This document shows positions 25,841-36,394 of a stretch of 64,000 nt of DNA, one piece after another. This DNA comes from Blepharisma stoltei ATCC 30299 (lineage: Eukaryota; Protista; Ciliophora), in contig CBFDEM010000018.1 in the NCBI GenBank assembly GCA_965603825.1, positions 124,001 through 188,000 of the forward strand, given 5' to 3'. Positions within the stretch are counted from its first letter, which is position 1, and the number at the start of each line of letters is the position of its first letter. Both the position numbers and the translations under genes were made by a program. The notes under the pieces are model-generated. The model saw nothing but the letters and a program-made list of their open reading frames with translations, did not search any database and was not told where the DNA came from.

Positions 25841-27028
25841 ATGGAGTCTGAAAGCATAACTCTAAATATCAGAATTACAGGTACAAGTGACGAATTTCCA
25901 ATCGTTATCAATCTCACTGAAACAGTTTCTGACTTAAAGTTGAAATGTGCAGACCATTTGTCTATAGACCCAGCCCCAACGAAATTAATTTACAAAGGTA
26001 AAACATATACAGGAAAAGTACTTAAAGATCAAGATACGATAGAATCATTAGCTTTCGATTTAACCCAAAAAATTTATCTTGTTAAAGGACAGTCTGCTCA
26101 ATCTCAAGCCCCAAACCCATCACCTGCACCTTCTCATATTTCATCAGGAGCAGGAGAATTAACAGGTTTATTATATGGCCTCAATCATTTCGGGGTTATG
26201 AATCAAGCTACTTCTATGATGGACAGTTTATCAGATCTTGACGAAATTTCTAGAGATACAGGAATTCAGATGCCAGATCCAGCATTTTTAAGACAATTAA
26301 TGTCAAATCCTGCAACTAGACAAATGATGATGACTTCTATGCAACAGATGATGAATAATCCTCAAATGAGAGACTGAGTTTTTAATTCGAATCCACAGCT
26401 AAGACAGCTATCTGAGAGAATTCCAGGGATTAAAGATGCGTTGGGGAGCCCTCAAGTGATACAACAAATGATGAGCACTATGGAAAGAATGAGTGTGGGG
26501 AATACAGCTGGGCCAATGTCAGGAGAACCAGGAAGTTTTCCAGCACCTGGTGGGGCTAGTCCTCAAATTGAGAGCTCTCAGCCTTCTCAACCTCCTCAGC
26601 AGCCATCAGCAAGTCAGCCACAAAATTCCCAAGCTCCTCAATTTCCTATGTTTAACCCTTTTATGATGAACCCAATGATGAATCCAATGATGCAGCCTCA
26701 AAATCCCCCTCCTCAGCAAGCTCCTTTGCCAAATCCCCCTCCTCAAGCACCTTACCCTCAATATCCTATGTATAATCCATATGGCTACTACGGAATGCCC
26801 TATATGCAGCCTCTCTATAACCCTATGCAGCCTCAATTTAATCCTTTTGCAATGCAAGGAGCCAATCCTGGAATGGCAGCTCAAAATCCTAGAGAAATAT
26901 TCAGTGCCCAACTTCAAAGGATGAAAGAAATGGGCTTCATAAACGAAGAAGCTAACATCAAAGCTCTCCAAGCAAGTGGCGGCAATGTAGAATTAGCGAT
27001 TGAACGGTTATTAAATATGCTAGGATAA
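25841..27028 (+). CDS. DSK2: Ubiquilin / Dsk2 (UBL-STI1-UBA)
   Basis: UBL (LIYKGKVLKD after removing a 15-nt intron), Met/Asn/Pro-rich STI1 repeats, UBA (QLQRMKEMGF..EEANIKAL..SGGNVELAIERL). TGA at 26375. Ends TAA. Confidence 0.93.
25998..26012 (+). other. 15-nt spliceosomal intron GTAAAACATATACAG (in-frame, stop-free)
   Basis: GT..AG, A at position 10; removal restores canonical LIYKGKVLKD from LIYKGKTYTGKVLKD. Confidence 0.85.
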
Positions 27029-27238
27029 TTATTATTTTAAGCTTCAAGCTAAATAAATCAATTCAAAGTCGAATAATTGTTTATTACAAATAACTGAGGC
27101 TGATTGAGCGATGGTTCGAGCCAAGGGATATGCAAAAACAGAAGAAAAAGAAGAATTAAAACAGACTACGCTAGATAAGCAATTAATTAAGAGGCCATAA
27201 GGCCTGGCGATCTGCTGAAGTTAAAAAGTAAAGATTTA

Positions 27239-27892
27239 TTACTGAAGTAGTTGATCAACCGGGACAGGCTGTTGGTTTAGAGCATATTGCTCATACATTT
27301 CTTCAACTCTATTCCAGTTTACTATATTCCAGAATTTTTCTACGTATTCCAATCTGCGGTTTTGATACTGCAGGTAATAAGCATGCTCCCAGATATCACA
27401 GGTGAAAAATGGAATAGAGGTAGCTTGATAAACTCCTACCATCATAGGATTATCCTGGTTTGGTGATGTTGTGATCACAAGTCTTCCTTGAGGTGTTACA
27501 CTAAGCCACGCCCATCCTGATCCGAATGTATTCACTGCTGCATTTGTGAATTCTGCTTTAAACCTATTGAAATCTCCGAACTCTTTATTGATATGAGCCA
27601 ACAATTTGCCTGAAGGCAGCTCTTTTCCTTTCCCTAGACACAGCCAAAACAAGCAATGGTTATAGTGTCCTCCTCCATTGTTCCTCAGAGCAGTCTGGTG
27701 TTGTGCCCTTTCTCTAATAATTTCAATAAGCGGGACATCTAGAGTCCCTAATGCTGCATTTAATTTATCAACATAGGTTTGATGATGTTTTGCATGGTGA
27801 AAAGATAAGGTTCTGCTGTCATAAAGAGGCTCGAGTGCTGTATTTTCGAATGGAAGCTTTGGAAGCTTGAAAGAAAAGAATCTCTTTAGCAT
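27239..27892 (-). CDS. SOD2: Mn-type superoxide dismutase, probably mitochondrial
   Basis: HHAKHHQTY, NNGGGHYNH, FGSGWAWL, NQDNP, DIWEHAYY. GGG and Q signatures favour Mn. Short MLKRFFS presequence. Ends TAA TAA. Confidence 0.95.
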   Translation of the reverse strand: MLKRFFSFKLPKLPFENTALEPLYDSRTLSFHHAKHHQTYVDKLNAALGTLDVPLIEIIRERAQHQTALRNNGGGHYNHCLFWLCLGKGKELPSGKLLAHINKEFGDFNRFKAEFTNAAVNTFGSGWAWLSVTPQGRLVITTSPNQDNPMMVGVYQATSIPFFTCDIWEHAYYLQYQNRRLEYVEKFWNIVNWNRVEEMYEQYALNQQPVPVDQLLQ

Positions 27893-27972
27893 ATTTTATC
27901 ACCATTGAAATCATGGAAAGTTCTGGTGATGTATATGATTGCAGCATATTTCATATTTAAGCCTAATTATGA

Positions 27973-29343
27973 TTAGAAATTGTCCTCTTCCCCTTCAGGA
28001 TTCGGCCTACTTGGCAAAAATGGCTCATCCCCTCTGATTTCTCTAAACAATTTTTTTGCCGCCTCAAAATGATCACTTACCTCAAACCCAAGCCCAGGAT
28101 TTGGTATATGCACAGCCTCTCCTGAATTTTCTGTAATCTGCTGCAAATAAGTCGCATAAAATACGATCTCTATAGGAAATTGTTCAATAAGTCTTTGGAA
28201 TGAATGCAAGTTTTCGTCATAATTAGACAGTCTAGTATATAGATGAAGCACTGAATAGCCTTCAGGACATGTAGAAGAATTAGACGATAATTGGAGAATA
28301 TAAATAGGGAACTCGTTCTCAAAGGTATGGGGAGGCACTGAAAAGAGAACAGGCCCATCATTTTCATGGAAAACTCCTCGTGAAAGAATTACTCCTCTGG
28401 TAATTCCAGCTTGTGGGACTGCTACAAGGCTCTCATCGACGTTCGCAAAGGTGGAGTTAAGCAAAACTCGGTTTCCGTGAAATTCACCTAAGGTTGTGGC
28501 GATTCCTTTAATTTTGTTGTCTTCTTTTAAAAGCCCAAAAATGCTTAATTCTTCAGTGATCACGTAGGTGCCTTCATAAACTGCAGAAACTCTGCAGAAT
28601 CCTTGAGAGATGTCCCCTGCGCCGTACATTGGATATAATAAAGTGGATCCTTCTTTGTAAATTCCTAAAGAGCTTGAATATTTTTGGATTTTTCCTAATG
28701 CTTCACCAAGGGTAATAGATCTTGTGTCTCCATCAACAAGTAAAATTGCATAGAATAAGATATTTTGCAAGTTCTCAGGGAGCCCTTTTTCTTCTAGCAG
28801 CGATTTGAAGTCTTGATTAGGGTCGAAGTCTTCTCCTTCTAATAGTTTTGTGCAGTGCTCAACAATTTTCATTAATTTTCTCTTTTCAACAACATTTAAT
28901 TTCTCATCCTGGAAAATTTCACTTTTATTGCATGGCACTTGTCTAAACCCATCCTGAGTCCACAGCATCCCAGATTTCACGGACTTAAACTCAATATACT
29001 GTGCAATCCCACACGCTAATAAATAATCTACAACATCTCCAACCGAGTAAATCATTTTTGGCTGCAAATCAAAATTAAATCGTCTAGGAAATTGGTTACA
29101 TTCTTCATCAGGTCCAGGAGATATATGAATTTGTTTGTTTAAGAAAGGAGGAGATTCAGGACTGATCAGAAACTTCTGAAATTCATTGAAGGAAAGAGTG
29201 CCATCTATACTCCCATAATATCCTTGAGAATCCAGATGAAGCACTTTGTGGCCAGATATAGCAAGTGCTGCAGCTAGAATGCTAGAGGTATTATCAGTGC
29301 CTAAGATGATGTCATCAAAGTGGGTTGCAGCTAAATCTTCCAT
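27973..29343 (-). CDS. Rab escort protein (REP/CHM, GDI superfamily)
   Basis: FDDIILGT..SILAAALA..GHKVLHLD..YYG, RRFNFDL.PK, VPCNKSEIF, LYPMYG.GDISQGFCRVSAV. ATG at 29343. Confidence 0.9.
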   Translation of the reverse strand: MEDLAATHFDDIILGTDNTSSILAAALAISGHKVLHLDSQGYYGSIDGTLSFNEFQKFLISPESPPFLNKQIHISPGPDEECNQFPRRFNFDLQPKMIYSVGDVVDYLLACGIAQYIEFKSVKSGMLWTQDGFRQVPCNKSEIFQDEKLNVVEKRKLMKIVEHCTKLLEGEDFDPNQDFKSLLEEKGLPENLQNILFYAILLVDGDTRSITLGEALGKIQKYSSSLGIYKEGSTLLYPMYGAGDISQGFCRVSAVYEGTYVITEELSIFGLLKEDNKIKGIATTLGEFHGNRVLLNSTFANVDESLVAVPQAGITRGVILSRGVFHENDGPVLFSVPPHTFENEFPIYILQLSSNSSTCPEGYSVLHLYTRLSNYDENLHSFQRLIEQFPIEIVFYATYLQQITENSGEAVHIPNPGLGFEVSDHFEAAKKLFREIRGDEPFLPSRPNPEGEEDNF

Positions 29344-29386
29344 CAATTAATTATTTCTGATTATAACTAACAAAAATTAATTTTAA

Positions 29387-30172
29387 TTAATCAGCAAGCG
29401 CTCTTTTCCTTATCATATGAGGATCTTTAAAAGGCGAATTAGACCCTGTAAATGTCTTTTTAGACATACTTATAAACTGATATGGAGAGTAACTTGTTGG
29501 TATATACTGGCTATGCTTTTTCAAATCAGGAGTGTTATATCTTATCTGAACTGGCCTGAAGTCTCTTTTATTTGACGACTCATATCCAGATTCATATGTT
29601 TTTATATGAGAAAGAGACGGCGATGATGACACTTTATGCTTTATCTCAGGAGAAGAGCTTTTTCTTTCATAAAACAATGAATAAGAACTTTTCCCTGTAA
29701 ATTTCATTTTTGTCTCATGTGTAAGTTGAGGGTCTTTTTCGTGCTTTATATCAATTGGTCCTCAATTGGGAAAATCACATTGGTATTTTGTTCGGCCTGA
29801 GAACTTTAAATTGGAAAAAGATGAGGAGACTGTTACTGGCTTGGAAAATGGTTTTAGGTCAGGGGCTTTGTAGTCTTGCTTTTGTGTAGTTATTAACTCC
29901 ATTTTAAAAGGACTTGGAGAGTAGGAAGATCGGACTCGTTGGGGAGGGCTGCGGCTGGATGGCTTTTTGAAGGTAAGTTGGTATTGAGAAGAAAATGACG
30001 TTTTAGGATAAAGTGTCTTTTTTATTGCTGGGCAGCTGTGCTTGCCACAGGTACACATAAAACAAATGCATTGTCGGGTGTAGTGGTCAGATTCTGGAAT
30101 TAAGTCTAAGGAATCGTCTTTTAGGATGCATTCTCTTCTTCGAGGAGCACTTTGAGGTCTTTTTATTGCCAT
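29387..30172 (-). CDS. SAXO/STOP-like axonemal microtubule-stabilising protein
   Basis: CICFMCTCGKHSCP N-terminal motif and T..+.DY/F repeats. TGA at 29762 (DFPN*GP) joins two ORFs. Ends TAA. Confidence 0.75.
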
Positions 30173-31296
30173 TTTTAGTAGTTTATATAAATATTTCACT
30201 AATATTCAGAGTGAACCATAAGAAATAGTTGAGGAGTTTATATAGTGAGATTGGTTAGCACTCAATACCTTTCAAACTGGGCAAATTAAAAATCTTTATT
30301 TATTTTTTATGAATGTCTTTGGATATTAAAATTAATGATGAGAATTGCTCATTTGTAGTGTGCATCGTTAAATAATTGAACCAAATTTTTAATTTTTTAT
30401 TATTTTAAATTTAAAATATCTAATAAAAAAATATCTTCAAATCATTTAGTAAACTAATGACCCAATGTTATTAATTATTTAGATTATAGTGCGATATACT
30501 GTAGGGCTTTAGCTTTATTAAGACTTGAAAATTTTGACCGCTCTCTCTGATTTAATCTTCTGAATCAAAACCTATTATTTATATAGCTAAAACTAATTAA
30601 AATTTAAGTTATAAACCGCATGGGTTTTTCTATAAATCTCATATTAAATTAACATTAAGGCAAATAAGAATTATATATATATGGCAATAATTTCTGTTTC
30701 TTTCCCCAAGAATCAAAATAACTATCTAAAAGTAGTTATTTTCTTAGAATATTTAAATTTTCGATTTTATTTTATTCAACCATATTTCGGTGACAAAATT
30801 CGTATTAATTACATGGAAGTCTTTTTTAAAATTTAGTTTCGAGGACTAATTGTTTAATTTTAAACATTTCTATAATAAGCTTGATAATAATTATGATTAT
30901 ATGTAAAACTTAGGTCAATGGGAAGCTGATATAGAATTATTGAGTAGTTTCCCTATTTCAATGAAATACAAATATTAATTAAAAATTCATGTGGCTTAAA
31001 AAATAATTTAAATATAATCGCTTTATCAAAATTCTTAATATTCTAAGTCTAAATAAGAAAGCTTTCAAAAATCATTTCATTTTTGAATCAAAACTCATAT
31101 TTAAGTTTTTATAAGAGATACACTAAGAAGGTTTTTATTTAAAGCTGCTGCATTTTATTATTAAATCTATTTCAGGAAGATGAAGGCTGGTTGTGTAAAC
31201 AAACATTATTTACAAAAGAGTGGTTTCTATAAATGATGATCATATGGTTTGGTATATTTGATTACTTCTTTCAATCACAATGGCGAACTTTTATAA

Positions 31297-32370
31297 ATGG
31301 ATAATCTTCTTTCATCCAACACCCAGGCAAAATCTGGGACCTCTAAAAAAGCTATTGCAGCAGTAAGCGTCATTGGCTTAGTAGGCATTATTGCGGTTAT
31401 TGCAGTTTATTCTGCTTCTTCAACCCCAAACCTTCTTTTGAAGCAATACGAGCTTGAAGAGTCTGAATTCCAAGACTTTCTCAATACTTATGGCAAAGAT
31501 TACCAAGGAGAGGAGTACCTGAAACGTCTTCAGATTTTCAGAGACAATTTATCATTTATTAGAGTAAATAACTTACAAAATCACGACTGGGTACTTGGAG
31601 TCAACAAATTCGCTGACCTTACCTTTGATGAGTTCCAGCAACTCTACCTAATGCAAACCTTCACTCACCTCGAGTCAAAACACTCCAAAGATTTCCAATT
31701 TGATGTCGAAGCAACCCCATCCAAAGTCGACTGGAGAGCTAAAGGTGCAGTAACCCCTGTAAAAGATGAAGGTGCATGTGGTGGTGGTTCTTACGCATTT
31801 GCAGCAGTTGGAGCAGTCGAGTCAATCTGGAATATCACTGGGCACCCTCTTGTAGCTCTTTCAGAACAAGAAATCATTGACTGTACTGGAGAATATGGCA
31901 ATCATGGCTGCAATTTTGGAAACGTTCAAGGCGTTTTCGAGTATGTTACAGAAAAAGGCATTACTTCAGAAGCAGATTATCCTTATACTGCTAAACAAGG
32001 CACTTGCAATGGTGGGGACGTGTCTAAAATTGTTGCAGAAGTAGACGGATATACTGCAGTCCCAGAAAAAAATGTGACTGCTTTATTAGCTGCTAATGCT
32101 CAGCAGCCAACTGCAGTTGCTGTACAAGCTGACCAGTCCTCATGGCAATTCTATAAAGGAGGGATTGTCACTAACAACTGTGGAAACAAGCCAGACCATA
32201 GCGTTTTAATTGTTGGATACAACAACATTAATAAGCCTCCTTATTGGATTGTCAAGAATTCTTGGGGACAAAACTGGGGAGAAAGCGGATACATCAGGAT
32301 TGCAATAAAGGACGGTGAAGGGCTCTGTGGAATCAACCTTTACCCGTACTTACCTAATGGCGAGAACTAA
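31297..32370 (+). CDS. Papain/cathepsin-L-family protein with catalytic Cys replaced by Ser (copy 1)
   Basis: N-terminal hydrophobic anchor, I29 prodomain (ERFNIN-like, NKFAD), DWR.KGAVTPVK. Active-site segment EGACGGGSYAF instead of QG.CGSCWAF; His (DHSV) and Asn (KNSWG) retained. Confidence 0.93.
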   Translation: MDNLLSSNTQAKSGTSKKAIAAVSVIGLVGIIAVIAVYSASSTPNLLLKQYELEESEFQDFLNTYGKDYQGEEYLKRLQIFRDNLSFIRVNNLQNHDWVLGVNKFADLTFDEFQQLYLMQTFTHLESKHSKDFQFDVEATPSKVDWRAKGAVTPVKDEGACGGGSYAFAAVGAVESIWNITGHPLVALSEQEIIDCTGEYGNHGCNFGNVQGVFEYVTEKGITSEADYPYTAKQGTCNGGDVSKIVAEVDGYTAVPEKNVTALLAANAQQPTAVAVQADQSSWQFYKGGIVTNNCGNKPDHSVLIVGYNNINKPPYWIVKNSWGQNWGESGYIRIAIKDGEGLCGINLYPYLPNGEN

Positions 32371-32841
32371 GCGTTTAATTTTAGAGCATTTCTATAATAA
32401 GTTTTATAATCGAAATGATAGAATGGTCTAGGTCCAATGGCAAAGTCTTAAATAACTCTTATCATGTTGCTTCTCTATTTCCTTGAAATGATGTCACAGT
32501 GTAGATTAAAGATTCATATATTAAATTAAATAAATTTTAAAATATAAAAGATGAGGTTATTTCAGAAATCTTACCAAATCTCAGCATATATTAATGCTTT
32601 TCTTTAATTAAGGTAAGTTTTGAAAAATATCATTTTAAGCTTTTAGATCAAAATCTATTTTCAAAATTTTATAATAGATGCATAAGGAGGTTTTTGAAAA
32701 GTTACCACGTTCTATTATTAACTTCATTTCAAGGAGATTATTGGCAACGCAAATAAATATTACTTATATAATGTGATTTTTATATACGATAATATTTTTC
32801 AGATTTAATCTCCCGTTTTAACGAATCGGTGAACTTTATAA

Positions 32842-33920
32842 ATGGATAACTTTCTTTCACCCAAAATCCAATCAAAATCTTGAATCTCTGGAAAGGTCGT
32901 TGCATCAGTAAGTGCAATTAGTTTAATAATTGTTATTGGAGTTATTGCTATTTGCTCTGCTTCTTCAACTCCAAGTCTTCTTTTAAAGCAATTTGAGCTT
33001 GAAGAATCTGAATTCCAAGATTTCCTCAATATGTATGGCAAAAATTATCAAGGAGAAGAGTATCTGAAACGTTTTCAGATCTTTAGAGATAACTTATCAT
33101 TCATCAGAGTAAATAACTTTCAAAACAATGGTTTAGTGCTTGGAGTCAACAAATTTGCTGATATTACCCTTACAGAATTCAAACAAAAGCACTTAATGAA
33201 TTCATTTCCAGAAATAAGCACTAAAAACTCAAAATTTTCAAAAGTTCTATTAAAGATCCTACACTTCCAAACTATGTTGACTGGAGAATCAAAGGTGTAG
33301 TAACCCCTGTAAAAGATCAAGGCCCATGTGGAGGTGGTTCATGGGCATTTGCCGGAGTTGGTGCATTAGAGTCAATTTGGAATATCTCTGGAAACCCTCT
33401 TGTATCCCTTTCTGAGCAAGAATTAATTGATTGCGACACTGATATGAGCGAATTAGGCTGCAAATTTGGAAATGTTGAAGGCGCGTATGCCTATATCTTT
33501 CAAAATGGCATCACTTTTGAAGCTAATTACCCTTATACAGCTAAAAAAGGCACTTGCAACGCTACCAATGTATCCAAAGTCGTTGCAAAAATCCTGGGAT
33601 ATTCTCCAGTCATGCAAAATCAATTTGTAGCTCTGATGGTTGCAGTCGCCCAACAGCCCACTGCAGCTGCAGTCGAAGCTGACCCATCTTCATGGCAATT
33701 TTATAAGGGAGGTGTTGTGACAAGCAATTGTGGAACAACTCCAGACCATAATATTCTCATTGTAGGATTCAGCTATAATACAAAACTTTCTTATTGGATT
33801 TGTAAAAATTCTTGGGGACAAGACTGGGGTGAGAACGGATATATCAGAATAGGAATGACAGATGGCCAAGGGGTCTGTGGGATTAACATGTACCCTTATT
33901 ATCCATATGTTGACGTCTAA
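32842..33920 (+). pseudogene. Papain-family copy 2 (also Cys-to-Ser) with a 1-nt frameshift; pseudogene or assembly error
   Basis: ATG 32842, TGA 32881, collinear with copy 1. The frame changes at about 33225-33240 (AAAATTTT run). The mature domain QGPCGGGSWAF..DHNI..KNSWG continues in the -1 frame to TAA 33920. Confidence 0.8.
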
Positions 33921-33949
33921 TAATTTATAATTCCATAATAAGTTTTATA

Positions 33950-35020
33950 ATGAAGGAACTCGCACCTTATGTCCAGATGACAGATTTAGATGATTCTTTA
34001 AAAGTAGCTTGTCCTATTTGCTACAATGAATTTGACAGTGCAGATCTATTGAGTTTGAGCTGTGGGGACAAGTTTTGTAAAAATTGCCTTGAGATGTTCC
34101 TTACTAACAATATAAATGACGGCAAAATATCAGCTATTGTATGTCCTAACTCAACTTGCAATGCAGTATTAGCAGACAACTTTATAGAATCATTGGTAAC
34201 TAAAGAACTTTATGAAAAATTCTTAAAAATCAGAGAAAATAAAACTCTAGAAAAAAACCCAAACCTTATCTGATGCCCAGTCCCTGACTGTGGAGGTTAC
34301 AGCTATATTTCAGGGCCAGGGAAAAATCAGCTGTCCTGTAATAAATGTGATACAAAATTCTGCAGTGAATGCATTAGTCGATGGCATGAAGGCTCATGCC
34401 AAAGAGACCAACTATTAGACGATTATATTGTAAACAACAAACTAAAACGGTGTCCTGTATGTGCAAGCTATATTGAAAAAGCATTTGGCTGCCCCTCAGT
34501 AACTTGTACATGTGGAAGCACAATATGCTGAAAATGTGGAAAAATAATAGATGAATCTCATGATATGGCTAAATGTATGCTCGGAGGGTCTTATGGCAGT
34601 GCGTCTTGAATATTAATTGTTATTTTGATTTTTTCTTGGGTCTTATTTCCATTTGAATTAGGATTTTTGACAATTTATTTTATGGAGGACTGGGGAGATC
34701 CGAATCAAAGAAGTTTTAGAAAATTAAAGCCGTTTTTTTATTTTATATTAGTATTACTGTCACCAATTGGGCTGGTTTTGGCGTTACTTTTTGGAGGAAT
34801 GACACCTGGGACAATGCTGGTGCTAAATATAGCAAAGGCCTTAAAATTTGAAGAGAAGATGAATAAGAGAATAAGCAATCTAATAGTGACTGTACTTTGA
34901 TTGCTAATAGTGCCGGTAATTGTTGCGTTAGTTGTAGTTGCATTTTTATTGGTGAATGCATTACTTCCTTTGGCGGGGATATCTTTAATGGTAGCAAAAT
35001 TAAGTAACAAAAATCAATAA
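33950..35020 (+). CDS. RBR (RING1-IBR-RING2) E3 ubiquitin ligase with C-terminal transmembrane helices
   Basis: RING1 CPIC..CGDKFCKNC, IBR I*CPVPDC..CNKC..FCSEC..WH..SC, RING2 CPVC..IEK..GC..TC.C...IC*KC. TGA at 34271, 34529, 34607 and 34898. Ends TAA 35018-35020. Confidence 0.92.
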
Positions 35021-35299
35021 TATGTTAAATAATTTTGTAAGATTATATAATCTGTGCGCAAGTTACACTGATTTAGGTAATTACCTGCATCAAAAATAGG
35101 TATATTAGATGGCTTAAATACAGTAAAAAATTGCAAAATGTATGTGGATCATATCACAGCTCTAAAAATTATAAAGGATGTGTACCCCATAGACAAAATT
35201 ATGCTTAATTAAGCTATTCATAGCTCTACTATCTACATCAAAAGTTCTGGATAATTTTTCTCGTGTAAAATAATTTAATTATTAAACAAATTCATCTAA

Positions 35300-35894
35300 A
35301 TCTCTAATTTTCCTTAGTTAACCTATAAGCTTAGACGCATATTTCTTCGACATCGAAGCTTATAGGAACTATATCTGCTTCATATCTATTAGAAAACATA
35401 ATATTCTAGTACCTTTATTCAACTTGTTTGCAATAAAGCAAGCATGCTGAGCAATTTCTCCACTTTCTGTCATTTTAATAATTAAGTGTAGCTTTTTATA
35501 TAGCTTTAGTCTTGAGTTATAGTTTTTTTTTGAACAATCTGGAAACTCTTATGCCTATTTTTTCATGCAGAATTCTAAAGGCAATCTCAGGGTGCTCAAA
35601 AAAGTTGAGTGGTCTTTCTTTTCGAGTTTTACTGCAGCTTCAATTATTAGTATAAAATATTTCTCCTTCTTAAGTTCCAACCGATGCATTACGAACACAT
35701 TTTGCCTCATCTAGAAAGGCTCTTCCGAATAAGCCAGAGTAATTTGTTTTTCGTATATTTATTTTTTCACGTTTCATTTCTTTAAAGTTTAGATCTGTGC
35801 GATTTCATTCTAGGAGTGTTTCTTCATCAGGAACTTCATCAAAGTTGTAGCCAATGTTCTTTAGACCAAGACGTTTCTTTGTAATAAAAGTCAT
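35300..35894 (-). pseudogene. Possible decayed protein gene of unknown family
   Basis: ATG at 35894 in a typical AT-rich context, followed by coding-like stretches (KNIGYNFDEVPDEETLLE*NRTDLNF..) broken by frameshifts and TAA/TAG. Confidence 0.35.
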
Positions 35895-36394
35895 TTATTA
35901 TTATATAAATTATATGGAAGATTTAAATTTTTATAAAAATGCATATATATTTAAAGAGTTCATATCTCACAAGTAGGTAAAAAAATTTCTATTATCTATT
36001 AATATTAGTAATCAGTTCATAGAAATTATATTTCCTTCGTAAAGAATAACTTACTTCATGAAATATCCATCCGCAATTTAAGTTTTGCATTTTATGATTT
36101 TCTTTACCCATCTTAATAATTATTTTAATAAAAATGCTCATACTCCTATTTTCCAAAAAAATTAAAAATTTAATTTTCTATATTATTGTTTCTAGCAGAC
36201 AAAATAAAAGTGTTTTGGATTGCTTAAATTTCTTATTAAAGCATTTTCGTTTCCTTATTTCAACATATTAGCTCTTTTATTTAACTACTTATAATTGATG
36301 AAATAATTATTGTCTAAACGTTTAGCAGTTAAGTAGTCTTTTCTAGATTCCTTTAATATTTAAAAATCTTAATAGGCATATTTTGCGATATAAA

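Larger units (their letters stand above)
30840..33950 (+). repeat. Tandem ~1.5-kb duplication (upstream DNA + cathepsin gene)
   Basis: 30840-31296 aligns with 32361-32841 (GAG.ACTAA..GTTTAATTTTA..CATTTCTATAATAAG.TT.ATAAT etc.); the motif recurs at ~33931-33951. Confidence 0.85.
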
